Shown: positions 29,570 to 40,860 of the stretch, in pieces
How the letters are laid out: every line of letters begins with the position of its first letter
Numbering within the stretch: position 1 is the first letter of the stretch
Assembly: GCA_020025475.1 (NCBI GenBank)
Contig: JAHHSA010000005.1
Location: forward strand, 4,933-68,932
Reading direction: 5' to 3'
DNA length: 64,000 nt
From: Oscillibacter sp.
GTDB taxonomy: Bacteria > Bacillota > Clostridia > Oscillospirales > Oscillospiraceae
Notes under the pieces: generated by a model
Database searches by the model: none
What the model was told of the DNA's origin: nothing
What the model saw: only the letters and a program-made list of their open reading frames with translations
Program-made: the position numbers and the translations under genes

Positions 29570-29667
29570 ATCTTGTTTTCCTCCAAATTACGGTGATTGG
29601 GAACCAGAGGAGGAGTATTCATTTTCTCCCCTCTGTGTGGGAGCAGCCTTAAAAAATCAGGCCACCC

Positions 29668-29880
29668 TCAGGGGACCGGGTCATATCCACCCTTGTGAAA
29701 CGGATTGCAGCGCAGGATTCGGCGAAACGCCAGCCAGCCGCCCCGAAGTGCACCATATTTTTGGATGGCCTCCATGGCGTACTGGGAGCAGGTGGGAATA
29801 TAGTTGCAGCAGCGTGGCGTGAAAGGAGAAATAGCCGTCCGATAAAATCGGATCATGGCCAGCATGAGTTTTTTGATCAT
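29668..29880 (-). CDS. yidD: Membrane protein insertion efficiency factor YidD
   Basis: [28 protein letters not shown]. Confidence 0.95.
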   Translation of the reverse strand: MIKKLMLAMIRFYRTAISPFTPRCCNYIPTCSQYAMEAIQKYGALRGGWLAFRRILRCNPFHKGGYDPVP

Positions 29881-30221
29881 GCCTGCATCTCCAGCAAGTC
29901 CAGCTTTCGGCAGAGTTTCAGGAATGTGTTGTTCAATTCATTCCAGGAAGCCGTCAGGGTGCGGCTGCGGGCTACCAGAATAATATCATATCCCTGCTTC
30001 ATGGCGGGGGTATTCAGCCGATAGACCTCCCGAAGACGCCGACGGGCCCGGTTGCGGACAACAGCATGTCCCAGCTTTGTGGACGCAGTGAGACCGAGAC
30101 GGTTGCGGCCCAGCCGGTTTTTCCGACAATAGACCACCATGCCGCCTCCGACAGCTGACGCGCCCTTCTGGTACAGCCGACGAAATTCATGATTTTCCTT
30201 CAGCGTGACCGCACGTTTCAT
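29877..30221 (-). CDS. rnpA: Ribonuclease P protein component
   Basis: [32 protein letters not shown]. Confidence 0.95.
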   Translation of the reverse strand: MKRAVTLKENHEFRRLYQKGASAVGGGMVVYCRKNRLGRNRLGLTASTKLGHAVVRNRARRRLREVYRLNTPAMKQGYDIILVARSRTLTASWNELNNTFLKLCRKLDLLEMQA

Positions 30222-30355
30222 TTCAATGCTCCTGCTTTCTCTATTCCCTGAACAAATATCATTCAGACAAACTTTTGTAGGGACGGAGGGGTCTTCTCAA
30301 ACTCCCGCCGTCCCTGAAGGACCTTTGTTCAAGTGTCTCCCGCGCATTCTGTTTC

Positions 30356-30496
30356 TTAGTAGGACAGACGGGCGCGGCCCTTGGCGCGGCGACGGGCCAG
30401 GACTTTGCGGCCATTGGCAGTTGCCATTCTCTTGCGGAAACCATGGACCTTCTGGCCATGCAGCTTCTTGGGCTGATAGGTACGTTTCGTTGCCAT
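30356..30496 (-). CDS. rpmH: 50S ribosomal protein L34
   Basis: [29 protein letters not shown]. Confidence 0.97.
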   Translation of the reverse strand: MATKRTYQPKKLHGQKVHGFRKRMATANGRKVLARRRAKGRARLSY

Positions 30497-30605
30497 ATTG
30501 AGACACCTCCTGTCAGAATTCCGGCCATCAAAGATGGCTCTTACTCGACATCCGTCGTCTGGCGGACGCAGTAAACAAATTATGCGCAGATATAGCGCAT
30601 CGATT

Positions 30606-30634
30606 AGTATACAGAAGAAAGGGAAAGGTGTCAA
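30606..30634 (-). promoter_or_regulatory. sigma-A promoter of rpmH
   Basis: TTGACA-17 nt-TATACT on the minus strand. Confidence 0.8.
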
Positions 30635-30649
30635 GGAAAACTTGCTTTT

Positions 30650-31089
30650 TTCTTCAAAAAAAAGGACTTTTACACAGGTTTTTATTACATTTCAAAATCT
30701 TGTATCTCTTCTTTTCTTTTCCCGCTATATATTGACCGTTTCACCTGTGAAAAACCTGGTGAAAAAAGCCGGTCCTTAGTATTAGAATATGTATTGCACA
30801 CGCTTCGTTTTTTTGCTATACTATCTGTGGATATTTTTGTCCATTTTTAACTAAGTCCTGACAATCTGCGGAAAACTATGGATAACCGACGTGTATTTCC
30901 CCTGTTTTTCCACAGATTTGACAATGGCCCTTCCCGTTTGCGGGATAATTGCGGTCCTCAGGCCGTTGAAAACGGACCGGAAGCGAGCGGCGCCTGCCGT
31001 TTTGTGACACAGGGTTTCCGGGCCCTTTTGCAGAGGCAGTTCCCATTGTCTCTGTTCACCCTACACTAAGATGAGAGAGGTGTATCTTT
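30650..31089. other. oriC upstream part / dnaA promoter region with DnaA boxes
   Basis: TTTTACACA 30668, TGTGAAAAA 30746, TGTGGATAT 30826, TATGGATAA 30877, TTTTCCACA 30906; promoter TTGCAC-17-TATACT at 30794-30822. Confidence 0.85.
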
Positions 31090-32406
31090 TTGAATTCAGT
31101 TGCTGACGTATGGGAAAACGTCCTGACCCAGCTGAAAGGGGAGCTTTCTGAGACGACCATCGCCACCTGGTTCGATGAACTGGAAGCCGTGGACATCCAG
31201 GGCAACACTTTTATTCTCCACTGTGCCAACGACTTCAAGAAGGGCTACATTGAGTCCCTGTTTTTGAAGAACATCAAGGCCTCCCTTCACGATATTTTCT
31301 CCACTGATTTTGAGGTGCAAATCCTTGATGATCAGGCTTTCGATGAATTCAGCGGCAAAAGTCCGAAAAAACAGAGTGATCGCTTCACCTCTGATGAATT
31401 CACCTTCGACACTTTCGTGGTCGGTCCCTCCAACAAACTGGCATATGCCGCATCCGTAGCAGTGGCAGAACATCCTGCCCAGAATTACAACCCCTTGCTG
31501 ATTTATGGCGACTCCGGTCTGGGAAAAACCCACCTGCTGTATGCCATTGCCAACGTCATTCGCAAGAATGATCCTCGTTCCAAGATCGTCTACATCAAGG
31601 GCGATGACTTTATCAATGAGTTTATTGAACTGATCCGTGCCGGTCGCGGCAACGAATTCCGCGCCAAATATCGGGAAGCGGATCTTCTGCTGGTGGACGA
31701 CGTCCAGTTTGTCGCCGGCAAGGAGCAGGTGCAGAATGAATTCTTCCACACCTTCAATACGCTCTATGAATCCGGCCGCCAGATCGTCCTAACCTCGGAC
31801 CGTCCCCCCTCTGAGATGACGCTGCTGGATGATCGCCTGCGGACCCGTTTTGAATGGGGTCTGCTGGTGGATGTTGCGCCCCCCGACTTTGAAACCCGTG
31901 TGGCCATTGTAAAAAACAAAGCCGCCCTGCTGGGAATGGAGCTCCCCGACAAGATTTCTTTCTATATTGCGGAAAACGTCACTGCCAACGTACGGCAACT
32001 GGAAGGTACCATCAACAAAATCCTGGCCTACAAGGATTTGCTGGGTAATGATGCCGACGAAGAGACCGTCACCCGTGCCATGCAGGATATTCTGAAGCGG
32101 AGCAATGAATATATTCCCACACCAGAATCCATCCTGGACTACATCTCCAAGTTCTACAATTTGGAATTGAGCGTCATTAAGGGGCAGCAGCGCATCCGGG
32201 ATGCCGTAGCCGCCCGTCAAATTGCCATGTATCTGATCCGCAGCATGACCAACCTGTCTCTGGACGACATTGGCAAACAGTTTGACAACCGAGATCACTC
32301 CACTGTCCTCTACTCCATTCAGCAGGTAGAAAAGAAGATGAAAAAGAACCCGGCTTTCGCCGAAACCGTGAAAGAAATTAAGACAAATATCAACTCCAAA
32401 CGCTGA
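31090..32406 (+). CDS. dnaA: Chromosomal replication initiator DnaA
   Basis: FTFDTFVVG.SN, YNPLLIYGDSGLGKTHL, LLVDDVQF, RFEWGL, RDHSTV; TTG start. Confidence 0.98.
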   Translation: MNSVADVWENVLTQLKGELSETTIATWFDELEAVDIQGNTFILHCANDFKKGYIESLFLKNIKASLHDIFSTDFEVQILDDQAFDEFSGKSPKKQSDRFTSDEFTFDTFVVGPSNKLAYAASVAVAEHPAQNYNPLLIYGDSGLGKTHLLYAIANVIRKNDPRSKIVYIKGDDFINEFIELIRAGRGNEFRAKYREADLLLVDDVQFVAGKEQVQNEFFHTFNTLYESGRQIVLTSDRPPSEMTLLDDRLRTRFEWGLLVDVAPPDFETRVAIVKNKAALLGMELPDKISFYIAENVTANVRQLEGTINKILAYKDLLGNDADEETVTRAMQDILKRSNEYIPTPESILDYISKFYNLELSVIKGQQRIRDAVAARQIAMYLIRSMTNLSLDDIGKQFDNRDHSTVLYSIQQVEKKMKKNPAFAETVKEIKTNINSKR

Positions 32407-32652
32407 CGAATTTTCCACATCCGTGGTGGAAAAGGAAAATCTTTGGTGTGGAAAACATTTCTCAAAAAAATGCTGTGGAAAAGCCACCGAGATCTTCCAC
32501 ATCCCGTGTGGACAAGCAAACCCCTGTCATATCAAGGGTTTCGCCTTTTTTCCACATGAATTTGTTCTACCACTGCTTTTTCTAAATAAATATTTCTTTA
32601 TTTTTTCTATCACCCCTGGAAGTCCATCCTAATTTGAGAGAGGAAGCCAACT
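32407..32652. other. oriC downstream part (DnaA boxes and DNA unwinding element)
   Basis: Boxes at 32411, 32447, 32474, 32493, 32507 and 32548, then trio-like CTACCACTGC and an AT-rich tract at ~32576-32610. Confidence 0.9.
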
Positions 32653-33768
32653 ATGATCAAATTTTCCTGCGAGAAAGCTCTTCTGCAAAACGCAATTTCA
32701 GTTTGCAGCCGAGCAGTTGCTCAAAAAAGCTCGATTCCCGCTTTGGAAGGTCTGCTGCTCCATGTTGGAGATCAGCTGACAGTTTCCGGTTACAACATGC
32801 AAACCGGCATCCGCACCAAAGTTTCCGCTGACATCAGCGAATCGGGCGAAATTGTATTAAACGCCCGCCTCCTGGGCGATATTATCCGGCGGATGCCGGA
32901 CGATATCATCACTTTCTATGCAGATGAGAAATTGATGGTCCATCTGACTTGCGGTGACGCCGCTTTCGACATTTTGGGCCTATCCGCCACCGATTACCCT
33001 GATTTGCCCGAGGTTGAAGACGAATATTCTGTCTCCATACAGCAGAAAACCCTGCGGTCTATGATTGAAGAAACTTCTTTTGCCGTCTCAACCAACGAAA
33101 GCCGCCCTGTTCACACCGGTGCCCTGTTTGAAATCAACGAAAAGGGCCTGACCATGGTCGCTGTAGACGGTTTCCGCCTGGCCATTCGCCGGGAACCCTT
33201 GGAAAAGGTAGACGGCGGCGCATTTTCTTTCGTTGCACCCGGTTTTGCACTGACTGAAGTCAAAAATATTTGCGGTGATGTGGAGGAATCTGCAGCTTTT
33301 ACCCTTGGCAAACGCCATATTTTGTTTGAAATTGGCTCCACAGAGCTGATTTGCCGCCGCCTGGAAGGGGAATTTTTGGATTACAAGAATGCAATCCCTC
33401 GAAAAAACCCCATTTCTGTCATTGCAGACACAAAATCTCTGATTAACAGCATTGATCGTGTCTCCGTGGTCATCTCCGAAAAGCTGAAAAGCCCGGTTCG
33501 CTGCGTCTTTGAGCACGATAAAGTCCGTCTGTCTGCCAAAACAGGAAACGGTGAGGCAAAGGACATCTGCCACCTGGCCGGTGACGGCCAGAATTTGGAA
33601 ATTGGCTTTAACAACCGCTATCTGATGGAAGCCCTGCGCTATGCTCCAGCCGACACCGTGAAAATAGAGTTGAATACCGGAGTCTCCCCCGCCATTATTG
33701 TTCCCGTTGATGGGGAGGAAAACTTCCTGTACATGGTACTGCCGGTGCGCCTGAAATCTTCCGATTAA
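32653..33768 (+). CDS. dnaN: DNA polymerase III beta sliding clamp
   Basis: [33 protein letters not shown]. Confidence 0.97.
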   Translation: MIKFSCEKALLQNAISVCSRAVAQKSSIPALEGLLLHVGDQLTVSGYNMQTGIRTKVSADISESGEIVLNARLLGDIIRRMPDDIITFYADEKLMVHLTCGDAAFDILGLSATDYPDLPEVEDEYSVSIQQKTLRSMIEETSFAVSTNESRPVHTGALFEINEKGLTMVAVDGFRLAIRREPLEKVDGGAFSFVAPGFALTEVKNICGDVEESAAFTLGKRHILFEIGSTELICRRLEGEFLDYKNAIPRKNPISVIADTKSLINSIDRVSVVISEKLKSPVRCVFEHDKVRLSAKTGNGEAKDICHLAGDGQNLEIGFNNRYLMEALRYAPADTVKIELNTGVSPAIIVPVDGEENFLYMVLPVRLKSSD

Positions 33769-33779
33769 GAGGAAAATCT

Positions 33780-33995
33780 ATGAAAACCATTGAAATTCAT
33801 ACCGAATTTATCAAATTACAGGACCTGTTGAAGTTTGCTAATCTGGTGGAATCCGGCGGAATCGCCAAGGAACTCATTCAGAATGGTGAAGTCCAGGTTA
33901 ATGGAGAGGTCTGTACCATGCGGGGCAAAAAAATCCGCCCCGGGGATGATGTCCTCTTTGATGGCCAGCATCTGACAGTTTCCTATGCGGATTGA
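33780..33995 (+). CDS. yaaA: S4-domain RNA-binding protein YaaA
   Basis: [10 protein letters not shown]...SGGIAK..I..GEV.VNGEV..RGKK; synteny. Confidence 0.92.
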   Translation: MKTIEIHTEFIKLQDLLKFANLVESGGIAKELIQNGEVQVNGEVCTMRGKKIRPGDDVLFDGQHLTVSYAD

Positions 33996-35085
33996 ATGCT
34001 TAGAGCTGGACCATTTTCGGAACTATGCTTCCCAAACTGTGGAGTTTGACCCAAAATGCAATGTGATTTTTGGGGAAAATGCACAGGGCAAAACCAATTT
34101 ACTGGAGGCAATTGTCTATCTGTCCTGCGGCAAATCCCCCAGGGCAAGAACGGATCGGGAAATGATCGCTTTTGATCAGCCCTCAGCCCGGATGACAGTC
34201 CAGGCATTTGCCCGTGACCGGAATTTTCGGGTTCAGGTGGACCTTTTTCGAGGAAAGCGGCGAAAAATGACGGTGAATCAGGTAACTGTGAAGAACAGCA
34301 CAGATCTGAGCCAGGTCTATCAGACCGTATTTTTCTGTCCGGAGGATCTGGATCTGATCCGGGCAGGCGCTGCCGAGCGGCGAAAATTTATGGATACGGC
34401 TCTTTGCCAGCTGCGGCCACGCTATGCTGCGACCCTGGCGGCATATCACCGGACTTACGAGCATAAAACCAGAATTTTACGGGATTCCGAAGAGCGGCCG
34501 GATCTGCTGGACGCTCTTCCGGAATTCAATGAGCAGTTGGTGCGCTACGGTGCAGTGCTGATCCACTATCGGTATCAGTTTGCCAGACGGCTGGAAGAAT
34601 ATGCGGCTGCCAACCACCGGGAATGTTCCGGCGGACGGGAACAGCTTGGGCTTTTTTATCAGACGGTGTCTAATGTGAATCCAGCTGGAAAAGTGACGGA
34701 AATTGCTGAACAACTGCGAATTCATATGGAAAAGCACCAGATTGCGGAACGTGCATCCCGCTTGTGTCTGTCCGGCCCCCACAAGGACGACCTGTTGGTA
34801 ACCATTAATGGACGGGAGGCAAAGCTCTATTCTTCCCAGGGGCAGACCCGGACGGCAGCCCTTTCCATGAAGCTTGCAGAGCGGGAAATTTACAAAAATG
34901 TCACCGGAGAATACCCGGTTTTGCTGCTGGACGATGTACTGTCCGAGTTGGACCCCCGACGGCAGGAATTTGTGCTGAACCGCATCGCCGGCGGCCAGGT
35001 GTTCATCACCTGCTGCGAGGATGACCGCCTTCCCCAGATGTTGGGAGGCAAGGTGCTGCATGTTGCCAATGGACAGATGGTTTAA
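33985..35085 (+). CDS. recF: DNA replication/repair protein RecF
   Basis: [39 protein letters not shown]. Confidence 0.97.
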   Translation: MRIECLELDHFRNYASQTVEFDPKCNVIFGENAQGKTNLLEAIVYLSCGKSPRARTDREMIAFDQPSARMTVQAFARDRNFRVQVDLFRGKRRKMTVNQVTVKNSTDLSQVYQTVFFCPEDLDLIRAGAAERRKFMDTALCQLRPRYAATLAAYHRTYEHKTRILRDSEERPDLLDALPEFNEQLVRYGAVLIHYRYQFARRLEEYAAANHRECSGGREQLGLFYQTVSNVNPAGKVTEIAEQLRIHMEKHQIAERASRLCLSGPHKDDLLVTINGREAKLYSSQGQTRTAALSMKLAEREIYKNVTGEYPVLLLDDVLSELDPRRQEFVLNRIAGGQVFITCCEDDRLPQMLGGKVLHVANGQMV

Positions 35086-35091
35086 TTTCAT

Positions 35092-35107
35092 TGTTTCATG
35101 TGAAACA
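35092..35107. promoter_or_regulatory. parS site 3 (one mismatch)
   Basis: TGTTTCATGTGAAACA. Confidence 0.85.
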
Positions 35108-35160
35108 GCGAATGAATAAATATACATTTTAAAATGAGTGGAAGATGGAGGGAAAAATGT

Positions 35161-35427
35161 ATGTATTTGCACCTTGGACAAAATGAAATCGTCTCCGAAC
35201 ACCGCGTTATCGGAATTTTCGATTTGGACAAGTGCAGCTACGACAAACGGACGCGAGAGTATCTGACCGCGGCTGAATCAGAAGGCGTGGTGCTGGATGT
35301 GTCCGGCGATATTCCAAAATCCTTTGTGGTCTGTGATCACCCCTATCACCCACAGATTGTTTATCTCTGTCAGCTCAACTCCACCACTCTGCAAAAGCGT
35401 GCTGAGAGCACAAAGATGGAATTATAA
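35161..35427 (+). CDS. remB: DUF370/RemB-family protein
   Basis: MYLHLG...IGIFDLD...PKSFVV...STTL.KR; located between recF and gyrB. Confidence 0.85.
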   Translation: MYLHLGQNEIVSEHRVIGIFDLDKCSYDKRTREYLTAAESEGVVLDVSGDIPKSFVVCDHPYHPQIVYLCQLNSTTLQKRAESTKMEL

Positions 35428-35528
35428 GCTGAACTTATATTATTTGAGATCCTCAGGGCAAGGAGAAGCGGACCGGAGATTGCTTCCAGTCCGGCTCTCT
35501 TTGTCTTGATAACGGAAGGAGTACCTAC

Positions 35529-37490
35529 ATGGCAGAAAATGAAATCCTCATGAGCTCCCAGACGGAGCACGAGTATGATGCAGCTGAGATTCAGGTGCTG
35601 GAGGGCCTGGAGGCCGTTCGGAAGCGTCCCGGTATGTATATCGGTTCCACATCCCTCTCCGGTCTGCATCATCTGGTTTATGAGATCGTGGATAACGCCA
35701 TCGACGAAGCTCTGGCTGGCTACTGCACGGAGATCACTGTGCAGATCAACGAGGGCGACATCATCACCGTTGTGGATAACGGCCGCGGCATTCCCGTGGA
35801 TATCCAGGCTCAGACCGATAAGGCCGCTCTGGAAGTGGTCTTTACTGTGCTTCACGCCGGCGGAAAGTTTGGTGGTGGCGGCTATAAGGTCTCCGGCGGC
35901 CTGCATGGCGTGGGCGCCAGCGTGGTCAACGCACTGTCTGAGTGGCTGACGGTTCAGGTCCACCGGGATGGCAAAATCTATGAAATGAAGTTTTCCCGCG
36001 GACATGTTACTGAGGAAATGACAGTGGTTGGCACAACAGACCACACCGGTACCACAGTTACCTTCAAGCCTGACCCTGAGATGTTTGAGGATACGGTCTA
36101 TAACTTTGATACGCTGGCCACTCGTATGCAGGAGGAGGCTTTCCTCAACGCCGGTTTGCGCATCACCATTGCCGATCTGCGTTCCTCCTCTGCTGAGAAA
36201 GAGGAGAAGGACCGTTTCCGTTCCATGTGCTACAAGGGCGGCATCAGGGAGTTTGTCACTTGGCTGAATAAGCGCAAGGATGTGCTGCACAAGGATGTCA
36301 TCTACATGACAGGACAGAAGGACGACGCCATTGCAGAGATTGCCATGCAGTATCATGACGGCTACAATGAGACCATTATCTCATTTGCCAACAATGTTCG
36401 CACCCCTGAGGGCGGTATGCACGAGGAAGGTTTTAGGAGGGCTCTCACCAACGTGCTCAATAACTACGGCCGCCGTATCAAGATGCTCAAGGACGACGAA
36501 AAGATCTCTGGCGAGGACTGCCGCGAGGGTCTGACGTGTGTGATTTCCGTGAAGCTGACGGAGGCACAGTTTGAGGGGCAGACAAAGGCGAAGCTGGGTA
36601 ACAGCGAGATCCGGACACTGGTCAACGCCATGGTTGCCGAGCGGCTGGACACCTTCCTGGAGGAGAATCCTCAGGTGGGACGCATGATTCTGGATAAGGC
36701 ACTTACCGCTAACCGCGCACGTGAGGCTGCCAAGAAGGCCCGTGAGTCCGTCCGCCGCAAAACCGCCCTGGGCGGCGCGGCAATGCCTGACAAGCTCCGC
36801 GACTGCAACGAGGTGAACCCGGAGCTCACCGAGCTGTATATCGTCGAGGGTGACTCCGCAGGCGGCTCTGCTACCGAGGGCCGTGACTCACGCTTTCAGG
36901 CCATTCTTCCCCTGTGGGGTAAGATGCTGAACGTGGAGAAGGCGCGTGCTGATAAGGTCTATTCCAACGAAAAGCTGCAGCCCGTCATTGTGGCACTGGG
37001 TGCCGGTATCGGCGAGGAGTTCGATCTGAACAAGCTTCGGTATCACAAAATTGTCATTATGGCGGATGCCGATGTGGACGGCGCTCATATCCGGACGCTG
37101 CTTCTCACCTTCTTCTTCCGCTTTATGCGGCCTTTGATCGAGATGGGCTATGTCTATTCCGCTGTGCCTCCGCTGTACAAGCTGACCCGGGGCAAGCAGA
37201 CCCGTGTGGCCTATTCCGACGAGGAGCGCAACCGGATTGCCGCCGAGATGCGGGGCGACAACCCAAATGCAAAGGTGGATATCAACCGCTATAAGGGCCT
37301 TGGTGAGATGGACGCCCACGAGCTGTGGGATACCACCATGGACCCAGAAAAGCGCACGCTGCGTCGGATTACTCTGGATGACGCCGTGGCAGCTGACGAG
37401 ACCTTCACCGTTCTCATGGGCGAGAAGGTGGAACCCCGTAAGGAATTTATCGAGAAAAATGCGCAGTATGCGGAAAACCTGGATTACTAA
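35529..37490 (+). CDS. gyrB: DNA gyrase subunit B
   Basis: EAVRKRPGMYIG, DNGRGIP, HAGGKF, VEGDSAGG, DADVDG, RYKGLGEM. Confidence 0.98.
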   Translation: MAENEILMSSQTEHEYDAAEIQVLEGLEAVRKRPGMYIGSTSLSGLHHLVYEIVDNAIDEALAGYCTEITVQINEGDIITVVDNGRGIPVDIQAQTDKAALEVVFTVLHAGGKFGGGGYKVSGGLHGVGASVVNALSEWLTVQVHRDGKIYEMKFSRGHVTEEMTVVGTTDHTGTTVTFKPDPEMFEDTVYNFDTLATRMQEEAFLNAGLRITIADLRSSSAEKEEKDRFRSMCYKGGIREFVTWLNKRKDVLHKDVIYMTGQKDDAIAEIAMQYHDGYNETIISFANNVRTPEGGMHEEGFRRALTNVLNNYGRRIKMLKDDEKISGEDCREGLTCVISVKLTEAQFEGQTKAKLGNSEIRTLVNAMVAERLDTFLEENPQVGRMILDKALTANRAREAAKKARESVRRKTALGGAAMPDKLRDCNEVNPELTELYIVEGDSAGGSATEGRDSRFQAILPLWGKMLNVEKARADKVYSNEKLQPVIVALGAGIGEEFDLNKLRYHKIVIMADADVDGAHIRTLLLTFFFRFMRPLIEMGYVYSAVPPLYKLTRGKQTRVAYSDEERNRIAAEMRGDNPNAKVDINRYKGLGEMDAHELWDTTMDPEKRTLRRITLDDAVAADETFTVLMGEKVEPRKEFIEKNAQYAENLDY

Positions 37491-37500
37491 GGTGCATCCG

Positions 37501-38253
37501 ATGAAAAACGTCAGGTTTTTCCTGGTTTCAGCTCTGCTGGCTGTCCTGGTTACCGGCTGCGGCGCAGAGCATCCGGCAGTTGCGGATACAGATGATGCGT
37601 CAGAGCTTACCCGTACGGCCTTCAAAAGGGCTTTGGAGCGGCTGGAAGCAGATGGCGTTTACCCGGACGGTGTCCACAATGAGGGCATGGGCTTTCCTGG
37701 TATGGATGATCGGACGCATTATGTGGATCAGTATGCCATTCTGGATGTGGACAGCGACGGGAAAGAAGAGCTGCTGATTCAGCATGGCGATGACTGCATG
37801 GCAGGTATGTTTCTGGACGTCTACGGGTACGACACGGAAAAAAGCGCGTTCTGCAAGGAACTCTCCCAGTGGCCTGCTGTGACCTTCTATGATGGAACGG
37901 CCAAAGCGCAGGCCTCCCATAACCACACCAGCGGGGAACTGTTCCCGTACGAACTGTGGATCTATAACGAAGAGCAGGACCGCTATGAATGTCAGGGCGG
38001 CGTCTACAGCATGACCCGTGACATTGTGGAGCAGATGGAGGGAGGGACGTATCCGGAAGAGGCGGATCGGAGCAAAACCGGCACCGTCTACTTCCTCTAC
38101 GGGCCCAACGAGACCATGGAGTCTGCCAGCCCCGCGGATGAGCAGGACTACCTGAATTGGGAATCGGAGTTCTTTCCAGAAGACACGGAAGTAACCCCCG
38201 AGTGGAAGAATATCCAGGTTCCCATATACGATTCCCATGAGAATCCTGCGTGA
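37501..38253 (+). CDS. Hypothetical acidic lipoprotein
   Basis: Lipobox LVTG-C, DVDSDGKEELL Ca-binding-like motif; ATG at 37501. Confidence 0.75.
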   Translation: MKNVRFFLVSALLAVLVTGCGAEHPAVADTDDASELTRTAFKRALERLEADGVYPDGVHNEGMGFPGMDDRTHYVDQYAILDVDSDGKEELLIQHGDDCMAGMFLDVYGYDTEKSAFCKELSQWPAVTFYDGTAKAQASHNHTSGELFPYELWIYNEEQDRYECQGGVYSMTRDIVEQMEGGTYPEEADRSKTGTVYFLYGPNETMESASPADEQDYLNWESEFFPEDTEVTPEWKNIQVPIYDSHENPA

Positions 38254-38292
38254 AATGAAGCACTTTACCCACATAAGAAAGGCTATGAATAT

Positions 38293-40818
38293 ATGAGTAA
38301 AAAACCACAGTATGATCCCGAAGAAATTCGGTATCCTGAACAGAAAATCGTCACCTCTCCCCTGGTGCCGGAGATGGAGAAGAGCTACATTGAGTATGCC
38401 ATGAGCGTCATCAAAGGCCGTGCCCTGCCTGACGTCCGTGACGGCCTGAAGCCCGTGCATCGCCGTATTCTCTATGCCATGTACGAGGAGGGCCTGACCC
38501 ACGATAAGGCGTTCAAGAAGTCTGCTACCTGCGTGGGTATCGTGCTGGGTAAGTATCACCCCCACGGCGACCAGTCCGTCTATGATGCCCTGGTCCGTAT
38601 GGCCCAGAGCTTCTCCATGCGCTATATGCTGGTGGATGGTCACGGTAACTTCGGTTCCATCGACGGTGACCCCGCCGCTGCCTACCGTTACACTGAGGCA
38701 CGTCTTTCCAAGATCTCCAATGAGATGCTGCGGGATATTGAGAAAGAAACGGTCAACTGGGACCCCAACTTTGACGAGAACTATAAGGAGCCCCGCGTCC
38801 TCCCCTCCCGCTTCCCCAACCTGCTGGTCAACGGATCTTCCGGTATCGCCGTTGGTATGGCTACCAATATTCCGCCCCACAACCTGACCGAGGTCATCAA
38901 TGCTACCATCTGTGTGCTGGATGATCCAGAGGCCACCTTGTCCGACCTGATGCAGTATATCAAGGGACCGGACTTCCCAACCAGAGGCATCATTATGGGC
39001 CGCTCCGGCATTCGGGCTGCCTATGCCACAGGCCGGGGCCGTGTCATTGTCCGTGCCAGGCACGAGTTTGAGGAGTTTGGCAATAACCGGACCCGGATCG
39101 TTATTACCGAGATTCCCTATATGGTCAATAAGCGGATGCTCATCAAAAACATGGCTGACCAGGTGGAGGATAAGCGGCTGGAGGGCATCTCCGGTATCCG
39201 GGATGAGTCTGACCGCAACGGTATGCGCATTGTCATTGAACTCAAGCGTGATGCCAACCCGCAGGTGGTGCTGAACCGTCTATTTGCCCAGACTCAGCTG
39301 CAAACTACCTTTGCCATCAATATGCTGGCTCTGGTCAATGATCAGTCCCAGCCAAAAATCCTGTCGCTGCGGGAGATCCTGGACGAGTACATCGCCTTCC
39401 AGAAAGAGATCATCACCCGCCGCACCCAGTTCGATCTGCGCAAGGCCCAGGAGCGGGCACATCTGCTGGAAGGCCTGCTGATCGCACAGGATAACATCGA
39501 TGAAGTGATCAAAATTATTCGCTCCAGCTATGACAATGCAAAGGAGAACCTGATGGAACGCTTCGGCCTGGACGATGTGCAGGCCCAGGCCATCTGCGAT
39601 ATGCGCCTGATTTCTCTCCAGGGGCTCAACCGGGAGAAACTGGAAAGCGAGTACAAGGAGCTGGAGAAAAAGATCGCCTACTTCCAGAAGCTGCTCTCCG
39701 ATGAAGATATGCTGCGCGGCGTCCTGAAGGACGAACTGATTGCCATCCGCGACAAATACGGCGACGACCGCATCACCGAAATTCAGGAGATCGAAGACGA
39801 GATCGACATTGAGGATCTGATCGAGGAAGAGGAGTGCGTCTTTACACTGACCCAGGCCGGCTACATCAAGCGGACTCCTGTCAGTGAATACACCGCCCAG
39901 TCCAAGGGCGGCATGGGCAAGAAGGGGATTACCACCCGGGACGAAGACGTCGTTGCGGATGTGTTCACCGCTTCCACCCATGATTATCTGCTTTTCTTCA
40001 CTGACACTGGCAAAGTGTACCGTAAGAAGGGCTATCAGATCCCTGAGAGCGGCAAGGCTGCCAAGGGAACCAACATTGTCAATATTCTGCAGGTGGAGCC
40101 GGACGAGAAGGTCCAGACCATGATCCACACCCGCACCATGGATATGGAGGAAAAAGACGGGCATTACCTGGTGATGATCACGCGGAATGGTACGGTGAAG
40201 CGTCTGCCTGTCTCCGCTTTGAAGAATATCCGTCAGAACGGCATCCGGGCCCTGAGTCTGGACGAGGGAGACCAGCTGATTACCGTGCGGGAGACAGATG
40301 GTCAGCAGAACATCCTGATTGCCACCCACGATGGTCAGGCCATCTGCTTTGACGAGAATGACGTCCGTCCCATGGGCCGGACCGCTGTTGGCGTCCGTGG
40401 AATCCGTCTTCGTAAGGGCGACTACGTGGTGGGCGCTGCCCGTGCTAAGGAGGGCCACGAGGTTCTCTCCATCACCGAAAAAGGTTATGGTAAGAGGACG
40501 CCCGTGGAGGAGTACCGTATCACCAATCGCGGCGGTGTCGGTATCAAAAACTACGCCATTACGGAAAAGACCGGCCCTGTGGTAGGCATTAAGGTGGTGG
40601 ACGGCTCCGAGGACCTGCTGCTGGTGACCCAGACAGGCATCATGATCCGTACTCATGCAGACACCATTCGTACCTGTGGCCGCGCAACCCAGGGCATCAT
40701 CGTGATGCGCTTTAAAGAAGAGGGAGACCAGGTCATTTCCCTGGCTCTGGCAGACCGGGAAGATGACACGGAATCTGTTGCAGAAGCGACTGTGGAAACC
40801 ACTGAAACGATGGAATAA
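38293..40818 (+). CDS. gyrA: DNA gyrase subunit A
   Basis: [30 protein letters not shown], GyrA-box-like QSKGGMG, CTD repeats. Confidence 0.98.
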   Translation: MSKKPQYDPEEIRYPEQKIVTSPLVPEMEKSYIEYAMSVIKGRALPDVRDGLKPVHRRILYAMYEEGLTHDKAFKKSATCVGIVLGKYHPHGDQSVYDALVRMAQSFSMRYMLVDGHGNFGSIDGDPAAAYRYTEARLSKISNEMLRDIEKETVNWDPNFDENYKEPRVLPSRFPNLLVNGSSGIAVGMATNIPPHNLTEVINATICVLDDPEATLSDLMQYIKGPDFPTRGIIMGRSGIRAAYATGRGRVIVRARHEFEEFGNNRTRIVITEIPYMVNKRMLIKNMADQVEDKRLEGISGIRDESDRNGMRIVIELKRDANPQVVLNRLFAQTQLQTTFAINMLALVNDQSQPKILSLREILDEYIAFQKEIITRRTQFDLRKAQERAHLLEGLLIAQDNIDEVIKIIRSSYDNAKENLMERFGLDDVQAQAICDMRLISLQGLNREKLESEYKELEKKIAYFQKLLSDEDMLRGVLKDELIAIRDKYGDDRITEIQEIEDEIDIEDLIEEEECVFTLTQAGYIKRTPVSEYTAQSKGGMGKKGITTRDEDVVADVFTASTHDYLLFFTDTGKVYRKKGYQIPESGKAAKGTNIVNILQVEPDEKVQTMIHTRTMDMEEKDGHYLVMITRNGTVKRLPVSALKNIRQNGIRALSLDEGDQLITVRETDGQQNILIATHDGQAICFDENDVRPMGRTAVGVRGIRLRKGDYVVGAARAKEGHEVLSITEKGYGKRTPVEEYRITNRGGVGIKNYAITEKTGPVVGIKVVDGSEDLLLVTQTGIMIRTHADTIRTCGRATQGIIVMRFKEEGDQVISLALADREDDTESVAEATVETTETME

Positions 40819-40860
40819 ACGAGAAGATACCCGTATTTTTTGAAAAAAGGAGGAGCCGTC

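Noticed and set aside
30737..30755. CGTTTCACCTGTGAAAA (and CTTTCATGTGAACG at ~47148) as extra parS sites
   Set aside because: Wrong spacing or too many mismatches; better explained as a DnaA box and part of the ArsR operator/RBS region
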